Part shown: piece by piece, positions 28,554 to 38,252 of the stretch
Layout: every line of letters begins with the position of its first letter
How positions within the stretch are numbered: the first letter of the stretch is position 1
DNA from: a virus
Taxonomy: Duplodnaviria > Caudoviricetes
Strand: one strand, 5' to 3'
IMG/VR virus record: IMGVR_UViG_3300031965_000028
Coordinates: 1 to 61,579 of that record
DNA length: 61,579 nucleotides
Translations under genes and position numbers: made by a program
The notes under the pieces: generated by a model
The model's database searches: none
What the model saw: only the letters and a program-made list of their open reading frames with translations
Told to the model about the DNA's origin: nothing

Positions 28554-29942
28554 ATGTATCTGGACGCCACAACCAAAAGTTTCGAGGTTCTACTTGGCGG
28601 CGCGGTCGCGACGACCGAGCTTCCGATCGTGGCGTCGTTTGTCGACGTGACGATCGCTACCGGGGCCGCGAGCGCGATTGCGACCACTGACACGGTGACC
28701 ACTGGCGCGACGCCGGTCACCGCGGTCGCGGCGCCTGGCGCGGGTGAACGTCGGCAAGTCAAAACCCTCACGATTCCGAACCTCGATACCGCCGCCGTAG
28801 TGCTCACGGTGCAGCTCAATAACAACGCGACGATCCGGCCGCTCTTTACCGTTACGCTCGCGGTCGGCTCGACGTTCGTCTACACCGACAGCGGGCCGCG
28901 TGTGTTGACGGCGGATGGCGCGGTGCTCGGGCAAGGGCAGGCTGGCGCTGACGGCGCGGATGGGGCCGATGGTGCCGACGGCGCGGCGACGTTCCTGGAA
29001 CTCACCGACGCGCCCGCGAGCTACAGCGGAGCGTCAGAGAAGCTCGTCGCGGTTAACGTCGGGGAGACGGCGCTAGAGTTCATCGACCCGCCAGCGGGGG
29101 GTGGTGGGGGCTCGCGCACTAACGGCTTCCGATTGACCCTGGAAACCGCAGTTCCGGTGTCGACGACAGACCAAGCCGCTAAGACAACGCTCTACTGCAC
29201 GCCGTTCGTCTCGAACGAGCTGTCGCTGTACGACGGGGCCGCGTGGAACACGCGCACGTCGGCGGAATTCAGTATCACGCTCGCCGGGCTCACCGCGTCA
29301 AAGCCGTACGCGGTGTACGTCTACGACAACGCCGGGACGCCGACACTCGAACTAGAGGCCTGGACTAACGCGACGACGCGCGCGACGGCGATCGTTTTAC
29401 AGGACGGGACGCCCGTGAAGTCCGGCACCGCGACCCGGCGGTACATTGGCGACATCTACATCAATGTCTCTGGTGGGCAAACGGACGATACCGTCGCGAT
29501 CCGTAGTGTGTACAACGCGTGCAACCAACGGCTCCGCCCGCTGATTAAGCTTGAGACGACCGATAACTGGACCTACAACGGGGTATTCCGTCAGGCGAAC
29601 GGGGCGGTAGGTAACAAGTTCGACGTCATGCTTGGGCTACCAGCCTACATGGAGGCGACGATTGTTCAAGGCGCTAAATGCACAACGCAGTTCGCAAACG
29701 TCGCGGTCGCTGTGGGCATCGACTCCACGACAACCGCCGATGTCGGGAGCTTACGCCCGAAGGCGTCCATCCTCACGGCCAACGCTCCCCAGTTGATTCT
29801 CGGCGCGTGGAAAGGGGTTGTCGCTGCTGGACGACATGAGATCAACTGGCTTGAGCGTGCGGATAGCGCGACGACGACGTTCTACGGCGACGACGGTGGC
29901 ACCGACGTCGTGGGTGGAATGATCGGCGTAATGATGAATTGA
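28554..29942 (+). CDS. Tail fibre / receptor-binding protein
   Basis: Collagen-like (GAD)n, FLELTDAPASYSG, RLTLETAVPV domain. Confidence 0.7.
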   Translation: MYLDATTKSFEVLLGGAVATTELPIVASFVDVTIATGAASAIATTDTVTTGATPVTAVAAPGAGERRQVKTLTIPNLDTAAVVLTVQLNNNATIRPLFTVTLAVGSTFVYTDSGPRVLTADGAVLGQGQAGADGADGADGADGAATFLELTDAPASYSGASEKLVAVNVGETALEFIDPPAGGGGGSRTNGFRLTLETAVPVSTTDQAAKTTLYCTPFVSNELSLYDGAAWNTRTSAEFSITLAGLTASKPYAVYVYDNAGTPTLELEAWTNATTRATAIVLQDGTPVKSGTATRRYIGDIYINVSGGQTDDTVAIRSVYNACNQRLRPLIKLETTDNWTYNGVFRQANGAVGNKFDVMLGLPAYMEATIVQGAKCTTQFANVAVAVGIDSTTTADVGSLRPKASILTANAPQLILGAWKGVVAAGRHEINWLERADSATTTFYGDDGGTDVVGGMIGVMMN

Positions 29943-29949
29943 GACGACT

Positions 29950-30312
29950 ATGAGCAGAGCAGAGCGCCTCGATCGCGAGATCAGGTCGGCCGGTATCGCT
30001 ATCGCCGGCGTGTCGCCGGATGCCGCAGCGCCAGGCGGCTACCGCGTGACGCCGTCGTCGCTCCAGGCCGCCGCGCAGTCGATCATCGACAACTTCAACC
30101 CTGACGATCCGGCGCATGATGCCGCGGAGCTGTCCGCGTCGGCCCTCTCGACGAGCCGTCAGAAGGACGTTCTAGCGACCTGCGCGCTGATCGTGCGGGC
30201 GCGCGGCATCAACGCCTGGAACAACATGACCGTCCAGCAGAAGGTCGGCGTGACGCTCGCCGAGGCCGACGTCTGGAAGAACATTCGGGAATTCATCGAC
30301 GACAAGGCCTAG
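29950..30312 (+). CDS. Putative tail fibre assembly protein
   Basis: Small ORF directly after fibre gene. Confidence 0.45.
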   Translation: MSRAERLDREIRSAGIAIAGVSPDAAAPGGYRVTPSSLQAAAQSIIDNFNPDDPAHDAAELSASALSTSRQKDVLATCALIVRARGINAWNNMTVQQKVGVTLAEADVWKNIREFIDDKA

Positions 30313-30364
30313 GGCATTAGTGCGCCGTGATCAAGAGCGGTGCCGTGCCTACTTACAGGTCAGA

Positions 30365-30394
30365 TTGTGTTGACAGTAAGCTAAGTAGTATAAT
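30365..30394 (+). promoter_or_regulatory. Promoter TTGTGT-N18-TATAAT inside GTGTTGAC...GTCAACAC inverted repeat
   Basis: Perfect -10; 8-bp inverted repeat flanking it. Confidence 0.5.
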
Positions 30395-30435
30395 CGGGCG
30401 TCAACACCAGTCCGGTTCTTGACAAGGAGATATAA

Positions 30436-31017
30436 ATGGCGTGGCCTCTACTAATCCCGCTCCTCTCGATGGGTGCTTCTGCTATCGGTGGAGCCTTATC
30501 CAACCGCAAGAAGACGCAGACGGCAACGCCGACAGTCTCCCCGGAGTTCGGGCCGCTTCAGCAGATGCTGATAGGCAACATCACCAAGCGTCTCCAACAG
30601 CCGAGTGCGCTTCCTGCCGGATTCGAGACTGGGGGTATCTCTGCTATCAATAAGACCTTCGATGCGGGCCAACAGTCGCTTGAGAATACGTTGTCTGCCC
30701 GAGGGTTGAGCAGATCTCCGATGGCGGGAGCGGCGATCAATCGAGGGCAGGGACGGAGAATTGGGGAGATAGCGCGATTCCGTACCGGACTACCATTACT
30801 GGAGCGCCAGTTGCAGCAGGAAGACGAGACAGCAGCTACAGACTTGCTGGGGCTGGGACGGGGCACGGAATTCTCGAGCAGCGGCAACAAGGCAGGGGGA
30901 GCGCTTGGAGGGCTGGCAGAAATGCTGGGTTTCCTGATCGGACAAGGTGCATTTCCGGGGGTATCTCGCGCAGGGGGAGGCGCAGGTAAAGTACCAAGTC
31001 TCTATCAGGGGTTCTAG
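30436..31017 (+). CDS. Putative DNA ejection (internal virion) protein
   Basis: Gly/Ala/Gln-rich, LSARGL..S motif, podovirus position. Confidence 0.6.
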   Translation: MAWPLLIPLLSMGASAIGGALSNRKKTQTATPTVSPEFGPLQQMLIGNITKRLQQPSALPAGFETGGISAINKTFDAGQQSLENTLSARGLSRSPMAGAAINRGQGRRIGEIARFRTGLPLLERQLQQEDETAATDLLGLGRGTEFSSSGNKAGGALGGLAEMLGFLIGQGAFPGVSRAGGGAGKVPSLYQGF

Positions 31018-31047
31018 CAGCGGCAAGTAGTAGCAAGGAGGCACCAA

Positions 31048-32295
31048 TTGGCGTTCGCGGACCAGTTCATATCAGGCTATACCGCCGGTCAGCAGACCAA
31101 GCAGCGCAAGCAGCAGCAGGACTGGGAGGTTGAGGACCGTGACATCGAGAAGCAGCTCCTGCAACACCGGATGAAAGAGCTGAAGATTCAGGAACGGCTG
31201 AGAGCACGGACAGCGGCCAAAGAGAACCTGGATCTGATGCAGGGGATCCCGGAAGCGGATGTCACTCCAGAGCAGGTCGAGGGAGGAATGCAGGGGCGCC
31301 TCAATATGATGGAGAGAGGTGAGCCTACTCGACTGAACCCGATGGAGATTCCGGGCATAGAGGAGTACGGTATTCCAGGAGTAAAGCGTCGCCCTCAGAC
31401 CATGGAGCAGCAATTAGCAGAATTGCTGGCTCAGGCCCAGATCAAGGAGTCCACGGAAGTAAGGTCGGTGCCGCGCGGCGGGAAGCTTATTCAGGGCGGT
31501 AGAGTCATAGCGGAGGGATCGCCAGTTAGCGAACCGCTACAGACAGTGACGGAGAGAGACGCATCGGGCAGGGAGACTACACGGTATGTCCCTAGGGCCG
31601 AAGCACAGGAGATGACTTCGGTAAGAGAGCGGTTGCCCCAGCGTCAGTCAACTTCTACCTCCGCTGCCTCTCCTGCTGATATCGAGGAGTTCGTTACAGG
31701 AGTAGTGCGCGGCGATACCCCTCCTGACCAGATCCCGGTATCGGCACTAGGAGTAAGGATTCGAGGTGAGCTGGCTCGGCGAGGATACAACTTGACCCGT
31801 GCCCAGTCAGACCTCAAGGCGCTTACCTCTCATTACCAGACCTTAAATACCGGGGAGCGGGCCAACCTCAGGATCGCCGCCGATACTGTAGAGTCGGCGC
31901 TCGATGAACTGGAGCGGGTAAATGAGGGTTGGCAGAGTGGGGGGCTAGGAATCCTGAGTAGCGCACGGCTGGCGGCAGCAAAGCTAGGAGGACTGGGCGG
32001 CGATGCACGACAGATGGCAGCAGACTTCGAGGCGGCGGTAGGAGAGGTACGATCCGCACTGGCGCTATTGAAGTCCGGAGGATCGGCACCCACCAACAAG
32101 GCACTGGAAGACGCGGAGAAGGCGATAAGTACGGGGAGCAATATCGGGGCGGCAATAACGAGATTAAGGACGGCGCTCCAGTACCGGACGGCGGCAGTGC
32201 GGAACCTGGACGCGATTACGCCATCATCGGTTGAAGGAGCGGCGGACTTCGAGTGGGATCCGGCAACAGGGCAGCTAGTACCGGCGCAACAGTAA
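31048..32295 (+). CDS. Putative DNA ejection protein
   Basis: Gln/Glu/Arg-rich helical protein; second of three. Confidence 0.55.
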   Translation: MAFADQFISGYTAGQQTKQRKQQQDWEVEDRDIEKQLLQHRMKELKIQERLRARTAAKENLDLMQGIPEADVTPEQVEGGMQGRLNMMERGEPTRLNPMEIPGIEEYGIPGVKRRPQTMEQQLAELLAQAQIKESTEVRSVPRGGKLIQGGRVIAEGSPVSEPLQTVTERDASGRETTRYVPRAEAQEMTSVRERLPQRQSTSTSAASPADIEEFVTGVVRGDTPPDQIPVSALGVRIRGELARRGYNLTRAQSDLKALTSHYQTLNTGERANLRIAADTVESALDELERVNEGWQSGGLGILSSARLAAAKLGGLGGDARQMAADFEAAVGEVRSALALLKSGGSAPTNKALEDAEKAISTGSNIGAAITRLRTALQYRTAAVRNLDAITPSSVEGAADFEWDPATGQLVPAQQ

Positions 32296-32313
32296 CGGTA
32301 ATCGGTTACCAAT

Positions 32314-35300
32314 ATGGCCCAGACTAGAGTCAATATCCCTGGTAAAGGGGTAGTCAGATTCCCCGAGGGGATGACGCCGGAGGATATCCGTAAAGCTATC
32401 CTAAAAATCGAAGGCGGTACTGGTCCTGCGACGCCAGCACAGGTAGCGGCCAAGCCTGAGCCCGAATCCCGTGATACCGGCTCCTTCTTCCCTTCTCCCG
32501 GTGAGTTTGTCCGCCGTATGGGACGGCAATTAATATCCCCGGTTGAGCCCATCAAGAAGCTAGGACAACGCGCCGCTACTGCCATCGAGGGAGTTGATCG
32601 TGCGCCCGTTGAGCGTGCACCCCTGGTGCAGATGCTGTCCGATGCAGTATCTTCGATGCGTGAGAGTCCGATGACAGGAATAGCGGAGCTTACCGGCATT
32701 CCAGGGTTGTTTCGAGGGGTGCGCGATGCCGCCCCCGCTTTCGCTGAGCAGCCACTAGCGGCGGCGCGGGGCTTCGGAGCCGGGGTAGTCGAGGAAATAA
32801 GCTCCCTGAGTCCGATAGAAGCATTGCTGCTGAGAGTGGGTGGAAGGAAGCTTAAGGGCGGTAAAGGTAGTGCTGGTACTACGCCTTCGGGCCGAGGACC
32901 TACCCCCCCTGCTGACATTCCGCCCCCGGTACCCGCCGCTGAGTTAGCCGATGTCGCCAAGCAAGTTTCTACTGCTCTCCGGGAGAACCTTGCCGCTCCC
33001 CGCGATCTCGGGCCATCTCTGGTGCGCCGTGCCGAGGGAGCGAAAGCGAGCGCCCCTCGTACTACTTCTCCCGGCATGCGCCCGCGACTATCGACCATCA
33101 AGGCCCCCACGGTCGAGGAGGCGATAACGGCGGCGCTGGAAGAAATCAGGAAGCCGGAATCGCCTACCCGTGTCTCGCTGTCGCCTGCCGAGCCTCCCCC
33201 AATGCCGCGTACCGGGTCCAGAGGTACCCCTATACCTCCAGGCAGTAATGTTGCTGAGCCGGGCGGGGTGTTGGGGCTGGGAGAGGATTCGGCGGCGGCA
33301 GCGCGACGTTCGATGACGCGGGCCGGGCAACTGAGAGAGCAGAGAGCGCGAGAGATAGACCGGTTGGCGATGCAGGCAGTAAAAGCAGCGGAAGCACGGT
33401 CGAGGGATTTACTACAACAGGCGGCGGGAAAGACGGGGACGAAGGGAGCAGAAGCAAAATTGCCGCTACCTAAGCCCGGAGAGACTACGACATTAGGAGG
33501 AGTAGCGGTAGCAGGAGATGAAGGAGCGGCGGCATTTAGAGCAGGGAAGGCGGCGGAGGCTCAGGCAGTACCAGGATTGCGGAAGCTCCCTGTGATGCCT
33601 AAGGCCAAGGTATCGTCACGTGCGGAACTGGATCTGAGGCGTACTAGTCTGCTAGCGAAAATCAAGAAGCTGGAGACAGGAGACTCGGGGCTCGACAAGA
33701 AGTTGGTGAGATTCAACTATCTAGCGAACCTGGAGAAGCCGACTCCGGCGCAATTCATCGAAATGGGTAAGCTGGAGAAGGGGATACTGGGGAGCGCGAA
33801 GCTGCCGGGGACGATCAAGAAGCGATGGGAGGGATTTAACAAGGCGGCGGCGGGAAGGGCGAGTGTAGATGCAGTAGAGGAGATAAGGACGGCACCAGCA
33901 AGAGCGAGCGATCCGAATAACATCGGAGTAACGGCACGGTCCGAAGCACTGGCAGCGAAGATCCAGCCCCCGGAATCGGTTCCTCCGCCTGTTGCCCCTC
34001 CGCCTGAAGTGGCGGTACAGGCGCAGAAAGAGATTGTGGCTCAGATCGGTCGCGCTAAAGCTGCTGGTACTGGGAAGCGTAGTGCCATCATCGCGGAGTC
34101 GGAAAAAGGAGCGGCGGCGCTGGAGGACCTGGAGAAGATGCTAGGGAGAGAGATACAGCCGCCAGCAGGAGCACGAGGAACGATACCTGCTGAGCCATCG
34201 GGTGCTGGATCGTTCGGGCCTCCGCCTCGTGGAGTCGAACCCGATGCCTGGGCGCGCATCAACATTGTCGAGGATGAAGCACGGCGGCTGGTCGAGAGAG
34301 GGGTGCGCGATCCCCGGCTGATAGACGAGATGCGGCGATTCTGGGGCAGTAAGGGAGCAGCAGATAGGCTAGGAATACCCAAGGCGGAGATAGAGAAGAT
34401 CAGCGGACCTCCGCACAAACAGCGGCCTACGGTACAGGTTATGGAGGAGCTGGACGCGCGGTACCGCTACCTGCTGGACGATCCCCGTGGCTTCTTCCGG
34501 ACTGAAGCACTAGTAGTGGGCAGCGGTGCGATGGCGGGAGGGTTACTGGGGGCGACCATCGAAGGAGAGGATGCAGTAGATCGGTTCTCGTATGCATTAT
34601 CGGGGGCCATTATCGGCGGTACTGCGGGCTGGGCCGGGGTCAAGGGGGTACAGGCGGCAGTGCGAGCGGCAAAAGGGCCGAGAAGCGTAGCGGGGGAAGC
34701 GGTAGAAGTATTAGATACGGCAAACCTGCTCGCGGGGCCTGCGATGATCAAAGCCTCGTTCGGGTCCATGGGAGGTACGGCGGCAGGAATATGGCAGAGA
34801 CTGAGGGAGGGACGGACAGCGGACGCGCGGCGTGGACTACAGTTTCTCAAAAAGGAAGCCCCAACCATGTGGTGGAAGACGCTTACGGGACCAGCGGAGA
34901 GGCTAGGACCGGTCAGTAAGTTCGGAGCAGATGTTGCGGAAATGGCCGGGATAAAGTCGCTCCCACAGAAGATATTGATAAATGTGCTGCGGCCCTTCAT
35001 CGCGGCGGATCGCACAGGAGGAGAAGTGCTGAAGAGGATGGGATTCAGCAAGGCCGAGGCGGAACGTATGATGTTGATGGGAGAGCCGACATCGTGGCAG
35101 GGGCAGACGATGCTGCGGCTGATCAACTCCAATATGACGTTCCGGATGCTAGCCAAGTTCCCACGCGTCCGGATAGGAGCACTGGAGCGAGGGATAGAAT
35201 TCATGCCCGGCGCGTCTAGCCGCATTTCTACTCGCCACGCCAAGTCGCCGCTGGGCCGGTTCGCTCCTCAGGAGGGATTGAGCAAAGCGGCATTAAAAGC

Positions 35301-35610
35301 AAGAGCGGAGTTTGGAGGGGCGGCGCTAGTAGGAGGAACGGTGTACGGCTACTGGAGGGACCCAAGTCTGGCTGAAGCATCGGTAGCATCATCAGCAGCA
35401 GGACCGGCAGCACTACCAGCGGCGGCGGGGATAGCGGCGGGCAAAGGGCTGAGAAGAGGCGGTACAGGACTGCTGGAGGCGCTGGCATCGGCGGCATCAT
35501 CGGTACCTCAGATTGGCGAGGCGGATATCCGGATGCTGCCACAGCGGGTAGTGCCGTTAAGATCATTGCGACGGGCTCTCGAAGCGGCCGGAATGATGGA
35601 AGCGGAGTAA
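32314..35610 (+). CDS. Large putative DNA ejection protein
   Basis: 1098 aa; N-terminal VRFPEGMTPEDIRKAI motif, Gly/Ala hydrophobic stretches. Confidence 0.6.
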   Translation: MAQTRVNIPGKGVVRFPEGMTPEDIRKAILKIEGGTGPATPAQVAAKPEPESRDTGSFFPSPGEFVRRMGRQLISPVEPIKKLGQRAATAIEGVDRAPVERAPLVQMLSDAVSSMRESPMTGIAELTGIPGLFRGVRDAAPAFAEQPLAAARGFGAGVVEEISSLSPIEALLLRVGGRKLKGGKGSAGTTPSGRGPTPPADIPPPVPAAELADVAKQVSTALRENLAAPRDLGPSLVRRAEGAKASAPRTTSPGMRPRLSTIKAPTVEEAITAALEEIRKPESPTRVSLSPAEPPPMPRTGSRGTPIPPGSNVAEPGGVLGLGEDSAAAARRSMTRAGQLREQRAREIDRLAMQAVKAAEARSRDLLQQAAGKTGTKGAEAKLPLPKPGETTTLGGVAVAGDEGAAAFRAGKAAEAQAVPGLRKLPVMPKAKVSSRAELDLRRTSLLAKIKKLETGDSGLDKKLVRFNYLANLEKPTPAQFIEMGKLEKGILGSAKLPGTIKKRWEGFNKAAAGRASVDAVEEIRTAPARASDPNNIGVTARSEALAAKIQPPESVPPPVAPPPEVAVQAQKEIVAQIGRAKAAGTGKRSAIIAESEKGAAALEDLEKMLGREIQPPAGARGTIPAEPSGAGSFGPPPRGVEPDAWARINIVEDEARRLVERGVRDPRLIDEMRRFWGSKGAADRLGIPKAEIEKISGPPHKQRPTVQVMEELDARYRYLLDDPRGFFRTEALVVGSGAMAGGLLGATIEGEDAVDRFSYALSGAIIGGTAGWAGVKGVQAAVRAAKGPRSVAGEAVEVLDTANLLAGPAMIKASFGSMGGTAAGIWQRLREGRTADARRGLQFLKKEAPTMWWKTLTGPAERLGPVSKFGADVAEMAGIKSLPQKILINVLRPFIAADRTGGEVLKRMGFSKAEAERMMLMGEPTSWQGQTMLRLINSNMTFRMLAKFPRVRIGALERGIEFMPGASSRISTRHAKSPLGRFAPQEGLSKAALKARAEFGGAALVGGTVYGYWRDPSLAEASVASSAAGPAALPAAAGIAAGKGLRRGGTGLLEALASAASSVPQIGEADIRMLPQRVVPLRSLRRALEAAGMMEAE

Positions 35611-35612
35611 AG

Positions 35613-35966
35613 GTGGCTGACGACACGGAGGAGCGGGAGCGCCGTAGCCTGGAGCGGCGGGTATATGAGCTGGAGAAACAGATGGGAAGCATTAATACCA
35701 TCGTGGCAGTAACCAGCGTGCGAGTCGAAGGACTAGTATCAACCGTAGAATCCCGTCATAAGGCATTCGAACGCGGGCAGGACCTAATTCTGGATAGGCT
35801 AAAGCCGATAGCGACGCTGGTAGATCAGAAGCTGGACCTACGATTGACTAATCTCGAAGCAGTAAGAAACAGGGCGGAAGGGGCGATACTGACGATCAAG
35901 TTGCTGGGAATTACCGGGGTTGTGGGCGGAATCGTAGCCATCGTTCAACTGATAAGAGGAGGGTAG
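35613..35966 (+). CDS. Coiled-coil protein with C-terminal TM helix
   Basis: Sequence composition. Confidence 0.6.
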   Translation: MADDTEERERRSLERRVYELEKQMGSINTIVAVTSVRVEGLVSTVESRHKAFERGQDLILDRLKPIATLVDQKLDLRLTNLEAVRNRAEGAILTIKLLGITGVVGGIVAIVQLIRGG

Positions 35967-35970
35967 CAAC

Positions 35971-36099
35971 ATGAGTGATGTAGTACTGCTGGTGTTCGCG
36001 CTCGTTCTGTTCGTTCTTGCGGCAGTCGGAGTCCCGTCGCCGCGCGTAAATCTTCTCGCCGCTGGCCTCGCCTGTTGGGTCGGAACCCTTCTCTTATAG
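35971..36099 (+). CDS. 42-aa two-TM membrane protein (not in ORF track)
   Basis: MSDVVLLVFALVLFVLAAVGVPSPRVNLLAAGLACWVGTLLL; GGAGG RBS. Confidence 0.65.
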   Translation: MSDVVLLVFALVLFVLAAVGVPSPRVNLLAAGLACWVGTLLL

Positions 36100-36108
36100 G
36101 GGGATCCT

Positions 36109-36258
36109 ATGAGTCTATTACTGATCATCCTGTTGCTCCTGTTGCTGTTTGGCGGTGGCGGGTTCTACGCGGGCGGTCCTGTCTGGGGCGGCGGTGTGGT
36201 GGGAATAATCGTAGTGGTTCTGCTGATCCTGCTGCTGACAGGGAGGCTGCAACAGTGA
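36109..36258 (+). CDS. 49-aa DUF3309-like membrane protein (not in ORF track)
   Basis: MSLLLIILLLLLLFGGGGFYAGGPVWGGGVVGIIVVVLLILLLTGRLQQ. Confidence 0.7.
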   Translation: MSLLLIILLLLLLFGGGGFYAGGPVWGGGVVGIIVVVLLILLLTGRLQQ

Positions 36259-36388
36259 AAGTAAAAGCCATAGTAACGCGCGGAAAGTGGGAGGCGACGC
36301 TGCACAACATCCGCGCCATGAAGAAACGGTGGACGAAGCTCGAGCAGCGGGTAAGGAAACTGGAGCAACAGTTCAAGAAGAGGAAGTA

Positions 36389-37411
36389 ATGGGGGATGCT
36401 GTGTGGGATAAGCGAGCGCCGCACCGAACGAGTCCGCCCGTAGCGCCTGTGCCAGTTACAGGGACTAATCGCGTTATCCGCGTTACGCAGGACTCGGACG
36501 GACAATTCGCGCCACGTATGATGTCGGACCGGGCCAATGCATGGATCAGCGGCGGCGAGGCGCTTGTCTTCGCTGGCAGTAGAGACACGGGAGGACCCCG
36601 GTTCTTTGCAGTAGACCTCAGCTCCGAGCAGGTGACGCGGCGTGACGATCTCATATGTCCGTATCAGGGAGAGACGGAGTTCTGGTACTGGACTCCGGAC
36701 GGAAAGCTGATGATAGGGGCAGGACTACAACTGCATCGCGTCGATCCCCGCAACGGCAGTGACGACGTGGTGATGGATGCTAGCTTCATTCCCGGTGCCC
36801 ATATGATCGATCAGTGGCACTCCAGCGACGACGGCAATACCCACTCCGCTACCGTCAAGGACGAAGGGTACCAGAAGGTAGGTACAGCGACGATGCATAG
36901 CGGGAAGCTGGACTACTGGCCAGCGATGAGGGTGCTGGACGAGTCCCAAGTCAGTCGCGATGGGCATCATGTTGTCATCAAGGAGAACGACGATAACCGC
37001 ATCATCAACCTCGACACACGGGAAACGGTGTGGTTGCGGGATCATGACCGGGCGCTCGGCCACTCCGATTGTGGACCAGACTTCATTATTGGAGAGGCGG
37101 ATAAGCCGGATCCCGGCGCATGCATCATCCGGTACTTCGACAAGCTTCATGCTTCTCCCGTCATCCTGTTTAATACTACTAACATGGGGTACGTATCGAC
37201 GCGCGGTGGGCGGTGTCTCCACAGCGACGATATCTACCTGAGCCTCGTAGCGCTCGACGGGTCCGGAACAACGCCGCTGGTCGAACACGGAGCCAATACA
37301 CACCCCGGCGACCCTGATTACTACGACCTCCGCGTTAAGACGAACCTTGACCATACTGGACAAGTAGGCTGCTATATGATCAGGGGTCGCATATTTCTGA
37401 TTAGGTTATAG
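36389..37411 (+). CDS. Beta-propeller-like protein of unknown function (start MGDAVW)
   Basis: Repeated W/SxDG turns (WTPDGK, SSDDG, VSRDG). Confidence 0.55.
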   Translation: MGDAVWDKRAPHRTSPPVAPVPVTGTNRVIRVTQDSDGQFAPRMMSDRANAWISGGEALVFAGSRDTGGPRFFAVDLSSEQVTRRDDLICPYQGETEFWYWTPDGKLMIGAGLQLHRVDPRNGSDDVVMDASFIPGAHMIDQWHSSDDGNTHSATVKDEGYQKVGTATMHSGKLDYWPAMRVLDESQVSRDGHHVVIKENDDNRIINLDTRETVWLRDHDRALGHSDCGPDFIIGEADKPDPGACIIRYFDKLHASPVILFNTTNMGYVSTRGGRCLHSDDIYLSLVALDGSGTTPLVEHGANTHPGDPDYYDLRVKTNLDHTGQVGCYMIRGRIFLIRL

Positions 37412-37415
37412 TACA

Positions 37416-37751
37416 ATGACCGATGTGGCCCTGAAAGAATATCTTGAACGCCGGATCGAGGATGCCGATCGCCGGTATGAGCAACGTTTCGCCGCAGCAG
37501 AAGTGGCCCTAAATAAAGCGGAATTTGCGCTGCGTGACTATAAAGCTGGGTCGAATGAATGGCGCGACGCACTGAAGGATCAAGCGGCACGGATGGCCAC
37601 GCGGAGTGAATTGGAAAAAGTAGATCTTCAAGTACAGGAGCTGCGACGGGCGCGGGCGAACCTTGATGGTAAGCTACTGATGGTAGCCGCCATCATTAGT
37701 GCAGGAATGGCGCTCATTGTAAACATCATCGCACGGGTTACAGTATCATGA
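37416..37751 (+). CDS. Coiled-coil protein with C-terminal TM helix
   Basis: LKEY.E.R......EQRF.AAE.A..KAE......SNEWR..L.DQ. Confidence 0.6.
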   Translation: MTDVALKEYLERRIEDADRRYEQRFAAAEVALNKAEFALRDYKAGSNEWRDALKDQAARMATRSELEKVDLQVQELRRARANLDGKLLMVAAIISAGMALIVNIIARVTVS

Positions 37752-37939
37752 CCAGGGAAACGATAGCAATACTGGCGCTGGGACTGAGTTTAATCGCTGC
37801 CATCTTCGGGTTCGGGGTCCGGATCGGAGTACTGACCGAGCGGATCGAGGCTCAGAGGAAACAGATGGAGGTGATGAGCGCCGACCTCCGCGCCATCAAC
37901 AATCACTTCATCTTGTGGGCGCGCGATCACACCCAGTGA
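37748..37939 (+). CDS. Small membrane-anchored protein
   Basis: N-terminal TM helix, coiled coil. Confidence 0.55.
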   Translation: MTRETIAILALGLSLIAAIFGFGVRIGVLTERIEAQRKQMEVMSADLRAINNHFILWARDHTQ

Positions 37940-37952
37940 AAGCAGGACAATA

Positions 37953-38252
37953 ATGGAATCAGAGAAGGGTACGGCGGCGCAGACCAGGAGATTCGGCGGG
38001 TGGTGGATGGTGGCGGTAGCGGCGCTGCTGGCAGTACTGTGGTTCTCTCCTCAACAGGGGAGTGTACTCATCTACAAGGTGTCGCAGCTCTCCATCGGAG
38101 TGTTGATGGCATATTGGGCGGATCGAGTCCTCTTCCGGCATGCCCCTAACATTGATGCCACTCTACCGAAGGATACGGTAGGAGCAGCAAGATTAATTGC
38201 ACGGGCTATAGTGGCACTGGCGATCATTCTAGGATTGACAATAGGCATATGA
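37953..38252 (+). CDS. Putative holin
   Basis: Three hydrophobic segments, SPQQ..V.IYK, YWADR.LF, directly before lysin. Confidence 0.75.
   Translation: MESEKGTAAQTRRFGGWWMVAVAALLAVLWFSPQQGSVLIYKVSQLSIGVLMAYWADRVLFRHAPNIDATLPKDTVGAARLIARAIVALAIILGLTIGI

Noticed and set aside
31833-35243. Long antisense ORFs (31833-33110, 34467-35243) and similar shadow ORFs elsewhere
   Set aside because: Antisense to well-supported genes in GC-rich DNA; no RBS or motifs
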